This document shows positions 48,694 to 57,771 of a stretch of DNA of 64,000 nt, piece after piece. How positions within the stretch are numbered: the first letter of the stretch is position 1; every line of letters begins with the position of its first letter. A model generated the notes under the pieces. That model was given only the letters and a program-made list of their open reading frames with translations, had not been told where the DNA came from and made no database searches. Made by a program: the position numbers and the translations under genes. Source of the DNA: a virus (Duplodnaviria; Caudoviricetes); IMG/VR virus record IMGVR_UViG_2545824688_000002, positions 1 to 64,000 of that record; one strand, 5' to 3'.

Positions 48694-50873
48694 AAGGCGT
48701 CATCCTCCTCATTTTCGAACCATTCACGTTCGTCTACTTTTTTCATCCATCGTTCCGGGTTAATCTCCACATCACACCGGACAGGGCAACGTAATTTGAC
48801 CGCATTTTCCATCGTCGTTCGGATATGGTCGAGCGCTTCCTGCGTAATATCTCGTGGGCAATCGAACAGCAACTCGTCATGTACCTGCAACAGAATGTGT
48901 GCGTCATATCGGGGCAACACATCCGCCAGGTCAACGATAGCCTTCTTGAGAATGGAGCCTGCGCTCTCCTGGATCGGAAAGTTACCGGCCTGCCGTTGAG
49001 CACCGAACACGCGAAAACGTTCCTTCGATTTCACGTCTGCGTGCAGACGGCGTTTCCGCCCGAAGATTCCCGTCACGAATCCGTCCTTCATGACGCGAGC
49101 GTGCTGCTCGTCCATATAGCGCTTGATTCCGGGATACCCTCGGAAATAATCGTCGATGATTTTTTGCGCTTCCGCCTTCGTAATTTCGAGCGTGTCCGCC
49201 AGTTTGCCCGCGCCCATTCCGTACACAATACCGAAGTTGACGATTTTCGCTTGCTTCCGAAGTTTCTGGCACTCGTGGCCGTCCACGTCTTTATTCCGTT
49301 CGATGTCATCGTACGTGTACTTCCCGTTACTGATCAGCGCGGCCGTGGTCGAATGGATGTCGCGGCCAGCCTCGAACGCTTCTATGAGGACGGGTTCGTT
49401 CGCCATATGCGCCAACACCCGGAGTTCAATCTGCGAGTAGTCGATGGAGACAAGAATTCGGTCGGGACCGGTCGCGAGAAACAGGTGGCGAATCTCCGGG
49501 CGCTTGGCCGGGATTTGCTGCGTATTAGGGTTGGCGCACGTAAACCTGCCGGTCGCTGCGCCCCATGTGTTATGCCACGGGTGGATTTTGCCGTCTGCTT
49601 TTACGTTGTGCGGTAGTTTTGACGTGAACGCCTGCCGTAGTTTTCCGACCGCACGGTAATCAAGGATTAACGGAATAACCGGATGGTTCTTCTTGATCCG
49701 CTTGAGCGTCCGGACACCCGTCGACCCTTTATCGTGGTCCGGCAGCCGTAAATCCCCGTACAGCTTTTTCGAGAGTTGGATCGGAGAGTTCAGATTGATC
49801 TTCTCGCCAAGGTGCCGGTAAATCTCCGCCTCAAGTTGCGCCTCCTCTTCCGCGAACTTCGCGTCCAAATCTCGCGCCATCCCTACGTCAAACCGGATTC
49901 CTCGCAAGTCTGACCGAATGAATTGACGGCACACCGGCATTTCAATATCGAAGACGAGCCGCTCAATCTGTCGTAGGTCTTCGCGCTTCCCGTACCATCC
50001 GCGTATCCAATCATAGAGCTTGAGCGTCTTCTCCGTATCACCAGCCGCGTACACGAGCGCCACGTCCAGCGGAATCTCGTTGAACGGAGTCTTCCCGAAC
50101 AGTTGGTCGAAGTTATCGCCCGGCAACTTGAGCCAATCCGCGCACAAGTCTTTCAGCCGGTGGTTCCGGTTTTCGTCGAGAGCCATCGCCATAATCCGTG
50201 TGTCTGCGTGGAGCGCGTCAATCAGGTCGAGTCCGTACTTGACGTAAAACCACTTGCAATCGAACGGTGCGTTATGCATAACGATCTTGGCTTTCGGAAG
50301 TACCTCGCGCATCTTATCGACCACATCTTCGTCGTGCATCGCCTTCTCAACGTGATTCAGCGGAACATAGAAGCTTTCACGCCGAGTCGATACGCTAAAC
50401 CCCGCCATGTTTCCGCGCCAAGGATCGAGTGCCCCGTCATCTTCGCCGAAGGTTTCGCAGTCGACCGCGATAATGTCGGCCGCCTCAATTGCGCGAACCA
50501 TATGCTCCAACGATACGACGTCGGTCACCAGGTGGTAGTGAGGCGGAGTGTTCAGCACCATCTCCGCCAACTTGTCCGCCTTCTGCCGCTCGTTCAGCTC
50601 CGTCCACAACCGGAGCGCCTCCGCCTTGCTAAACCGCTTGCCGTCGGTCGGGTATCCGCCTAAAATACCCGATTCCATTGCGTGTTTAACCGAGAGTAAA
50701 CGCTCCTGGTCCGTGGGCGAGTTCTTCATCGATAAAATCCGTTCCCACGCCTGCTCGACGGTTTCGGCCGCCTTTGCCGCCTTCTTACGTTCGGCTGCCG
50801 CCTCAACCCGTTCGCGCTGGGCCTCGGACTCGGCCGTCGGGGAGCGGAGGTTCAAACAGAGGGATACGTTCAA
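48681..50873 (-). CDS. DNA polymerase, family A, with 3'-5' exonuclease
   Basis: DCET, HNAPFD, TGRF, DYSQIELR, K.VNFGIVYG, QVHDEL. Confidence 0.95.
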   Translation of the reverse strand: MNVSLCLNLRSPTAESEAQRERVEAAAERKKAAKAAETVEQAWERILSMKNSPTDQERLLSVKHAMESGILGGYPTDGKRFSKAEALRLWTELNERQKADKLAEMVLNTPPHYHLVTDVVSLEHMVRAIEAADIIAVDCETFGEDDGALDPWRGNMAGFSVSTRRESFYVPLNHVEKAMHDEDVVDKMREVLPKAKIVMHNAPFDCKWFYVKYGLDLIDALHADTRIMAMALDENRNHRLKDLCADWLKLPGDNFDQLFGKTPFNEIPLDVALVYAAGDTEKTLKLYDWIRGWYGKREDLRQIERLVFDIEMPVCRQFIRSDLRGIRFDVGMARDLDAKFAEEEAQLEAEIYRHLGEKINLNSPIQLSKKLYGDLRLPDHDKGSTGVRTLKRIKKNHPVIPLILDYRAVGKLRQAFTSKLPHNVKADGKIHPWHNTWGAATGRFTCANPNTQQIPAKRPEIRHLFLATGPDRILVSIDYSQIELRVLAHMANEPVLIEAFEAGRDIHSTTAALISNGKYTYDDIERNKDVDGHECQKLRKQAKIVNFGIVYGMGAGKLADTLEITKAEAQKIIDDYFRGYPGIKRYMDEQHARVMKDGFVTGIFGRKRRLHADVKSKERFRVFGAQRQAGNFPIQESAGSILKKAIVDLADVLPRYDAHILLQVHDELLFDCPRDITQEALDHIRTTMENAVKLRCPVRCDVEINPERWMKKVDEREWFENEEDDALSHN

Positions 50874-52117
50874 GCCGCGTCACCCGCCCGCAGGTTAACG
50901 ACGGATTCTACGGGGGCGATGAGTTCGACGCACTCCTTATCAGGTCCGTAGTACTTTCCGCTATAATCGCTGATTCCCAACAAGGAGGTTCCGACATCCT
51001 CTACTTTCCCGACGACATTTTTCGAGACAATACGAACGATGTCGCCTTCTTTAAACTGGCCCACCTCGCGTCCGATTGCGTGCCATTTCGCTTCCTCTTC
51101 CGTAACCTTTACGAGTTGGTCCGGGTCTGCGTATCCTTTGTATCCTCCACCATCAACGATTTGAACTTTCGTACCACGTGAGTGCGCGTACTCTGGCGTA
51201 ACTACCTCGTAAATATTTCCGTCTTGAAATCCGTGCAACGGGAATTTGCCTCCTCCGTTCATCAGACGGACTTTATCGCCTTTTTTGAGCTGATCGAACG
51301 CTAGTTTCCGCTTGGCCTCCGCAACCTCTTCGTCGGTGGCGCGGGTTAGTGCCTCCGCACGGAACCACGCGGAGTCACTGCCGTCTAAAGTTGTTGTTCG
51401 GAATGGGACCGAGCTTTCGTCATTTTCCGTAATTTTTCGGATTTCTCCGATTACCACGTCAGTTCGTTTTGACCCGTTTCGTTTCCGGTCGTCGACTACT
51501 TTCACGTAATCCCCGACTTTCAACCGCTGGGCTTCCGCCTCCGCCTGCTTAACCGCCGCCAACTGCGCCTCCATTTCGGCAACCTTCGCTTTGGTCGCGG
51601 CCAGTTCCGATTCGAGTGCGGACAAGGACGGTGTTGCGGTTTCTACCGGTTCGAGTACGTAAACGTCGTTCTCTGCTATCGGTAAGTATCGCTCGTCATC
51701 CACATCATCATAAAAGAACGGGTCGCCGTCAAAATCGCGATTCAACCTATAGACTTTTCCTTCCGTGAGGTCTTGCGGATACTGCCGCATCTTTGGAATG
51801 ATAAACGCATCCCCTTCGCGAACAGGACGATCAACCTTCCGGTATCGCTTGCCGTCGTGGACGATAGTGTCGGTGGGCTCGACCGGTTCCAGGACGACGT
51901 ATTCGCTGTCGAGGATCGGAACGTTTATTCCGGTCACCTTTACATGCGACAAGCGTATCCCGCTTCCTTCGTTTCTATACGCTACCTCAAGTACGTCACC
52001 CTGACCGTACTTGCCGTTAGAAATAAACGGTTCTACAACCTTTATCTTCTCGCCAACCTTCGCCGGACGCTTAACCTCGTTATACTGAACGCCGTCAATC
52101 GTATGAGTTTTCGCCAT
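50870..52117 (-). CDS. Multidomain phage protein with SH3/KOW-like repeats and a coiled coil
   Basis: YNEVKRPAKVGE, YRKVDRPVREGD, LKVGDYVKV, FKEGDIVRI. Confidence 0.6.
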   Translation of the reverse strand: MAKTHTIDGVQYNEVKRPAKVGEKIKVVEPFISNGKYGQGDVLEVAYRNEGSGIRLSHVKVTGINVPILDSEYVVLEPVEPTDTIVHDGKRYRKVDRPVREGDAFIIPKMRQYPQDLTEGKVYRLNRDFDGDPFFYDDVDDERYLPIAENDVYVLEPVETATPSLSALESELAATKAKVAEMEAQLAAVKQAEAEAQRLKVGDYVKVVDDRKRNGSKRTDVVIGEIRKITENDESSVPFRTTTLDGSDSAWFRAEALTRATDEEVAEAKRKLAFDQLKKGDKVRLMNGGGKFPLHGFQDGNIYEVVTPEYAHSRGTKVQIVDGGGYKGYADPDQLVKVTEEEAKWHAIGREVGQFKEGDIVRIVSKNVVGKVEDVGTSLLGISDYSGKYYGPDKECVELIAPVESVVNLRAGDAA

Positions 52118-52119
52118 TA

Positions 52120-52527
52120 TTAAACCGCCTCCCTAGCGTTTTCATTTCGCATTCCCACCGCCAGCCTCCGCCACTTCTCGTCAATCGCGCCCGCAGCCGC
52201 CCAATACTCGCTCTGCCCCGTACACGGAACGAGATAGCACGCGTCTCCCGCCACGCCGATCATGTAGTCGACCTCCGGCGGTCCATACGCTCGCCCGTTA
52301 TTCCGCGTTCCGTTGAGGACGTAGTAACCGCCCGCGCCGCCCTTATCATCGCGGTATCGCAGCGTCTTGACCTGGAACGTCCGCCACTCGCCTGTGCCCG
52401 GCTCCTTCGCAACGAGATCGTACGATTCCGCCGCGACCGGCTCGGCCACCTCGTAGCCTGCCGCCAGGAGCGCGGTCATGGCGATTAGTTCAGCGTGAGT
52501 TCCGATGGTTCCCGTTTCTGACGCCAT
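52120..52527 (-). CDS. PD-(D/E)XK endonuclease
   Basis: G..AEL.A...L...GY.V, YDLV, QVKT. Confidence 0.75.
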   Translation of the reverse strand: MASETGTIGTHAELIAMTALLAAGYEVAEPVAAESYDLVAKEPGTGEWRTFQVKTLRYRDDKGGAGGYYVLNGTRNNGRAYGPPEVDYMIGVAGDACYLVPCTGQSEYWAAAGAIDEKWRRLAVGMRNENAREAV

Positions 52528-52754
52528 TCGGTCGCCTCCTTCACGTAATCTTCCGGGTCATACGCGAACCCTATCGCCTGCGTTGACGAAGATTCGCCGC
52601 CGACCGCCGCATTGACCGCGACCGTAATATCAACGTCATACTCGCGCTGGGGATCGACCGTGTCCAGGAACGACGCGATATGCTGCGCCGTTTCCGGGAG
52701 GTCCTCCGCCTTGGCTGCGTTTATTACCAACGTGATTCTGCGCTCGTGCGCCAT
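52485..52754 (-). CDS. Hypothetical protein
   Basis: GGGGAGG RBS. Confidence 0.55.
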   Translation of the reverse strand: MAHERRITLVINAAKAEDLPETAQHIASFLDTVDPQREYDVDITVAVNAAVGGESSSTQAIGFAYDPEDYVKEATEWRQKREPSELTLN

Positions 52755-52772
52755 ACGTCCGCCTCCCCTCCG

Positions 52773-53555
52773 TTAAAACTGCGGTATGTCTTCGTCAGAT
52801 TGCGCTGTGCTTTCGCTTGTGGCGTCCGGTTGCGCGGCGACCCCGAGCGACAGACCGAGGATTCCGATGTCGAAGCCCGCGACCACGAGATTCTTGATTT
52901 GCTCCGTCTCGTCCGCGAGATAGAGGCAGTCGTCGAACAGGGCGAAGTCGAACGGCTTCTCGCCGCACTTGGCGAAGTTGGCACGCTCGGCGTCCGTCAG
53001 GTCTTCGTCCATATCAAGGATAGGCGTGAGTGTGACGGTTGTGTCCGTGGAAGAACCGGATTTGGACAGTTCGAACGCGATCTTGTCGAGTTTCTTCGCG
53101 TACTTCTGAATCGCGGCGATGATCGTTTTCGCCTGTTTCGCGGACAGGTCGACTACGATGTCCTCGCCGGTTTCGAGCGACCCGAAGCCCATCAGGTAGC
53201 GCGGCTTGCCTTTGAAAAGATACGCAGCGTCCGAGTATTCCTTCGCGGCAGCCTCATCGCCAGCCTCACGCGCCTTTTTTGCAAGCCCGTAATAGTAGTC
53301 GGCTGCGCGGTCCCAGACCGTCGGATTTCCGGTGATAAACCCTTTCGCGTTACGTTCCGCTGGCTTTTCGGGCACGAACGTATTCACCTTTTTGAAAATC
53401 GAGTAGCCGTAATATTCGGCGGAATCCTCGGCGGACTTCACGCGCACCTTGAGCGTTGTGCCGGACGGGAACGCGACCAGGGCGCTACCGCCTCCGTCTT
53501 TTTCCGCCGTTGCGGACGCTACCGCTTCACTACCACGCTTCGTAAAAATACTCAT
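52773..53555 (-). CDS. Single-stranded DNA-binding protein
   Basis: Acidic C-tail ending DEDIPQF; upstream of the polymerase. Confidence 0.65.
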   Translation of the reverse strand: MSIFTKRGSEAVASATAEKDGGGSALVAFPSGTTLKVRVKSAEDSAEYYGYSIFKKVNTFVPEKPAERNAKGFITGNPTVWDRAADYYYGLAKKAREAGDEAAAKEYSDAAYLFKGKPRYLMGFGSLETGEDIVVDLSAKQAKTIIAAIQKYAKKLDKIAFELSKSGSSTDTTVTLTPILDMDEDLTDAERANFAKCGEKPFDFALFDDCLYLADETEQIKNLVVAGFDIGILGLSLGVAAQPDATSESTAQSDEDIPQF

Positions 53556-53787
53556 TGTACAACATCGCTCCCTTTACGTAGTGTTTTCGTTACCTTCGTC
53601 AATTGCGCTAAATCCGTCAGCTATAATCGCGCAACAACCACGTCATCAGACGGTCGCCGAGCGGACCACCCGGCACTCCGTTTACGCGGAACACCTGGAA
53701 CATCTTGAACTGCGGCGGCTGGCGGTCGGGGCGGCGGCCCCTACGCGTACGGTTTCGTTGGCTCATCGTTACATCGCGCTCCTTTCG

Positions 53788-54174
53788 TCATTGTTGGCGG
53801 ATTTCCGTAATCAGCTCGGACAACGCGTCGTTCCCAGCCTTGGCGAGCGCTTCCGCCGCCTTTGCGAGAAAGCTGTCGGAGACAACGAGCGTATACGTCT
53901 TTTCGGTCGGTGGAGTCACGGACAGAACCGTGATTGTACCGGAGGATTCTACCGGTTCGAGTACGGAGTAATACGCCGAAGTACAGAGGTCGTACTCGTC
54001 ACCGTCATCGTCAATAATCTGCGGGTCGCCAGCGTAATCAAAGCGTTTAATTTCGTAGATTTTCCCTCCCGTCAGTAATGCTGATCCACCCGTGTAGAGA
54101 ACGAACTTGTCGCCCTCCTTCGCGTGCCGCTCGACCTTTTTGTACGCCTTGCCTTCGTGCATAACGGTTTCCAC
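53788..54174 (-). CDS. Phage protein with one SH3/KOW-like module
   Basis: YKKVERHAKEGD, LTGGKIYEI, DDDGDE. Confidence 0.55.
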   Translation of the reverse strand: METVMHEGKAYKKVERHAKEGDKFVLYTGGSALLTGGKIYEIKRFDYAGDPQIIDDDGDEYDLCTSAYYSVLEPVESSGTITVLSVTPPTEKTYTLVVSDSFLAKAAEALAKAGNDALSELITEIRQQ

Positions 54175-54369
54175 TCACATCGCTCCCTTTTCGTTTAATC
54201 TTCGTTCGGACACCGGATATTCCCGCGTCCGCGAGACGGAAGCAGTGCGTTAAATTGCGGTCGGATAATCCGCTTGCTCTGCCTCCGCCTTGCCGACGCG
54301 AGATGACCGGCCGTTTGGCGTTCCTATAGAGATTACCGAACGGCCAGCGCATTCTCGCGCACTTTTTCG

Positions 54370-55134
54370 TCAGATTGCGATATATGCATTCGCGACTCGC
54401 TTCTTCTTTTCGATTAACTGCGCCAGCTCTTCGTCGATTTCGTTAATATACGTGTCGAGCGCGTTAATTCTCGCTTGAAGTGCCATCCTCTTCGCTACAC
54501 TTCGCGTTGACATTAGCGCCAGCTTGCGCTCGGCCCGTTCGAATTCTAGCGCGGCCTTCTGTAAGGGCAACGCTCTTTTAATGGCGTTGATTCTCCGGTC
54601 GAGCTTACGTATCTCTTTCGCAACAACATCACGTACTTTATCCGAGACTACTGGCGGAAACCTCTTTGTGTTGTAGTAGACCGTGCGGATCGTTTTCCGA
54701 TCAGTACCGACACCTATCGCAACCCCTCGGGCCGCGTACGTATGTCCCTCGTTTGTGTAGCTCCGGATATTCTCGGCCACGACTTCGGATTCAAGAAATC
54801 GTTCGTATATCCATTGCGCCGCCTGCTCGCGAGGTATACGAAATCGTTGGACTGCTCGATCTATAGCGTGCTCCTTAATTGTTATCCCGTTGATAACCAC
54901 GTCGGCACTCCGTTTGATGTCGTTCTCCTGACGCGTTACCCCCGTCACCTTCACGCGGTATCCGGTATGTTCCGTCAGGAACAGGTAGTCTCCGTATTGG
55001 TACGTTGTTTCCGTCACTTGAACGGACTTTCGGATTCTTTCGTTGATCCAACTATGCGCGCGGTTGAGTTCGATTCCGACGAGTGCGGCAACGTCCGCCT
55101 GAGCCTTCGGCGTAATGCGCAACTTTTCGTTCAT
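54370..55134 (-). CDS. Hypothetical protein with HAxxR (RelE-like) modules and a coiled coil
   Basis: ITIKEHAIDRAVQR, KTIRTVY. Confidence 0.45.
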   Translation of the reverse strand: MNEKLRITPKAQADVAALVGIELNRAHSWINERIRKSVQVTETTYQYGDYLFLTEHTGYRVKVTGVTRQENDIKRSADVVINGITIKEHAIDRAVQRFRIPREQAAQWIYERFLESEVVAENIRSYTNEGHTYAARGVAIGVGTDRKTIRTVYYNTKRFPPVVSDKVRDVVAKEIRKLDRRINAIKRALPLQKAALEFERAERKLALMSTRSVAKRMALQARINALDTYINEIDEELAQLIEKKKRVANAYIAI

Positions 55135-55368
55135 GCGATCCTCACCGCCTTAATCGCGAGGTCTGGCGGAAGGTAGTCCGCCGGGTCTTCGTCAATCGCG
55201 AAGTCTCCTTCGTAATCGAGAAGCGTGCGGCCGGTTACGTTGTAGAGCGAGTATTTATCCATCGTTTAATCCCTCCATTTATCGGAAATAATTGAAATGT
55301 GAGGTTCGGTACAATATAATGACAAAGAGACGTTCTATGACGCAAAGTCCAAGCGACATATAGCGTTC

Positions 55369-55959
55369 TCAGCAGGCCAAGTAGTCCTGGATGCGTCCGA
55401 AACGATTGGCGTCGTATCGGTTGCGTAGCTTGTCCAGCGCTCTACTTACCTTCGAATGGTGCACTCCGAGTTCTTTGGCGAGAGCGGTCGGAGTACTGCA
55501 CTTTGACAACAAAGCTAAAACCTGAACAGTAAAGTCACTTTGGCCGGTGGCGAGAAAGGAGATCAGTTGGCGCTGGTCTCTTTTCTTTATTACCACTTCT
55601 TCGGGAGTTGGCGTATGCTCCCGGTTGAAGTCCTCTGACATCGTCTCGACGTTGGCGTCATCGAGCGATACCGTTTCGTGAATGCGTCCGTGCTTTCGGA
55701 GTAGATCGATCTTTCGGCTTTTTAGCCGCGTATAGAACAACCCCGCGAAACTTCCCTTTGATTCTTGATAGTTGGTTACGAGATCGAAAATGACGTCATC
55801 GTAAACCGCTTCTACCTCATGAGGATCAATCCCCATTGTTCGAATGTCGTACTGCAGCTTGTCCGAGAGGTGGTCTCTAAGCTTTCGGTAAACCTCCGCA
55901 AAAAGTGTTTGACACTTTGTTCGTTGATACTTGCGGATTAATGGCACATGGATATTCAA
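55369..55959 (-). CDS. Phage sigma-70/ECF-like factor
   Basis: Y...KGSF..LFY..LK...IDLLRK, TPEEVVI, C-terminal HTH; AAGGAGG before TTG. Confidence 0.75.
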   Translation of the reverse strand: MNIHVPLIRKYQRTKCQTLFAEVYRKLRDHLSDKLQYDIRTMGIDPHEVEAVYDDVIFDLVTNYQESKGSFAGLFYTRLKSRKIDLLRKHGRIHETVSLDDANVETMSEDFNREHTPTPEEVVIKKRDQRQLISFLATGQSDFTVQVLALLSKCSTPTALAKELGVHHSKVSRALDKLRNRYDANRFGRIQDYLAC

Positions 55960-56169
55960 TTGGCATCCTCCTTTTTGGTCGGTCACTTAGATTACCGATG
56001 GGGCAACCGAAGTCCGCGCATCTTTTTCCCAATTTTTAAAATAAAAAATGGTAGGAACTTGTCCTACCATAAAATTAACAATCATTGGATTATTTGTAAT
56101 TCGGTTTTCAGTAGCTTTGTATATGTTTATACGCGATCGCCCTAACTTTTCGACAAAATTTTACAGCGC

Positions 56170-57468
56170 TTATGCGAGCCGTTTCTTTAGCTCGCGAATG
56201 ACTATACGTTGCTCATCGGTTAATTGATTACTGCAAATTGGCTCGATCCCAACGAGTGGGATTGCTACCGTCACCAACTCATCCTCGAGTTTGCCTCCGT
56301 GCAAACTTAATGCGCTGTGTAGTAAGTAGTTCAGGGCCTCCTGGTATTTTTTATCCTGGATTGACAGAATGCCCTTATTTCTGAGGTGGAGTGCTACCTC
56401 ATCTTTAAATCGGTAAGCTGTTTCCGCCTGTCCGTCGACCTTGTTTATCAGGTCCTCAGACTGCGCAAGGTACTCCCGCGCGGCAGCATAATTCTCTTCT
56501 GTGATCTCCGCAAAACAAAGGTCAGTCAATACGTGAATCCTCGCCTCGTCACAGGGCTCTGTTGTCTCGAGAATCTTATGCCAGTATTCTCGAGCGAGAT
56601 CGCCGTTCTTCTTTTTCCAGTAAGCTCGGGCTATATTTGACACACATCCAAAATAATACATATCTTTCTCTTGAGGATCACCCGATTCAATGCACTCTTC
56701 GTACCGCTTGATCGCGTCGTCATACTCTCTTTGCTGCATCAGAATATTTCCCCAACGAATAAGAAGATACCGCAAGCAACTCTTATCGACATGACTGCGA
56801 TACTCATAAGCTGATCTCGCTACTGCTTGCGCGTCCGAATAGCGGCCTGAGTAATAGAGCGCTGAGCAATACTGGTAGAGTAATGAGAACAATTCGTTTT
56901 TTGGTAGTTTTTTCGGTCGATCAGTCGCTTTGTAAATTTCAACAAGGACTTCAAAGTACATGCTTTCCCTCGAGATTTTGTACATTTTATCTAGCCATTT
57001 GAAAATGTCTGCTCGATCCATTACTCGAAGCATCTCTCTTGCAAGCAGCTTCACATTCCCTTTACGTTTTTCTTTAATCCTGCAACACAAGATCAGGAAT
57101 ATTCCGGTTGCAACGTAAGCTTTTGCAGACCGCGCCCCTTTTTTCTTGGAAAGTGAGAAGAGGCGGTACGCGATTTTGTGCACATTCTCTAAGTAGCCTT
57201 TTTCCAACCACATGAGGCCTAACGTCTCCAGCTCACTAAGGTCTGTTTGAACACGAAGATACTTGTCTGCTACTGCTTGTATCTCAAAACACAGCACTTG
57301 AGCGATATCCAGGAGAGTTTGGAGTTTTGGAACAACCTTCCCTCTCTCTATTTCGCAATAATGCCCTATATTTAACCGAACTGGATCGGCGAAGCAAACA
57401 TCTTCCTGTCGAAACCCCCGCGCTAGACGTTTCAGCCTAATGAAGTTTCCGAGTGCTTTTCTTGACAT
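56170..57468 (-). CDS. XRE-HTH + TPR regulator (RRNPP-like architecture)
   Basis: LGNFIR..RL..GFRQ..V...EIERGK..PKLQTL; TPR helices GNILMQQREYDDAIKRYEE. Confidence 0.75.
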   Translation of the reverse strand: MSRKALGNFIRLKRLARGFRQEDVCFADPVRLNIGHYCEIERGKVVPKLQTLLDIAQVLCFEIQAVADKYLRVQTDLSELETLGLMWLEKGYLENVHKIAYRLFSLSKKKGARSAKAYVATGIFLILCCRIKEKRKGNVKLLAREMLRVMDRADIFKWLDKMYKISRESMYFEVLVEIYKATDRPKKLPKNELFSLLYQYCSALYYSGRYSDAQAVARSAYEYRSHVDKSCLRYLLIRWGNILMQQREYDDAIKRYEECIESGDPQEKDMYYFGCVSNIARAYWKKKNGDLAREYWHKILETTEPCDEARIHVLTDLCFAEITEENYAAAREYLAQSEDLINKVDGQAETAYRFKDEVALHLRNKGILSIQDKKYQEALNYLLHSALSLHGGKLEDELVTVAIPLVGIEPICSNQLTDEQRIVIRELKKRLA

Positions 57469-57546
57469 GGTGATACCACACCTTTCCATTTAGAGGTCAG
57501 TAAAGTAGAATAAGAAAGAACTTTATATATTCTGGGGGAGCGTACG

Positions 57547-57771
57547 ATGCGAATAGTAATCGGACGCTGTCATCTCCTCGAATTACTTAATGATAGGAAC
57601 CTTTCACAAGCGGAATTTGCTCGACGGATTGACGCCCATCCACAAACGGTTGCTAAATGGGTGAAAAGGGAAGACGTCATGTCTCTCGCCAAAGTCCTCT
57701 CAGCGTGCCGCATCTTGAGTTGTTCTATCGATGAACTCTACGAAATTATCGAGGAGAAGACGGACGAGTAG
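57547..57771 (+). CDS. Cro/XRE HTH regulator, divergent
   Basis: LSQAEFARRI...TVAKW...ILSCSIDELYE. Confidence 0.85.
   Translation: MRIVIGRCHLLELLNDRNLSQAEFARRIDAHPQTVAKWVKREDVMSLAKVLSACRILSCSIDELYEIIEEKTDE

Noticed and set aside
41578-50873. Introns or inteins in thyX, nrdJ or polA (and terL), prompted by the HNH and PD-(D/E)XK genes
   Set aside because: All are continuous ORFs of ordinary length and the endonucleases are free-standing
55990-56170. aimP-like propeptide gene downstream of the HTH-TPR gene
   Set aside because: No ORF with an RBS and signal-peptide pattern found on the minus strand
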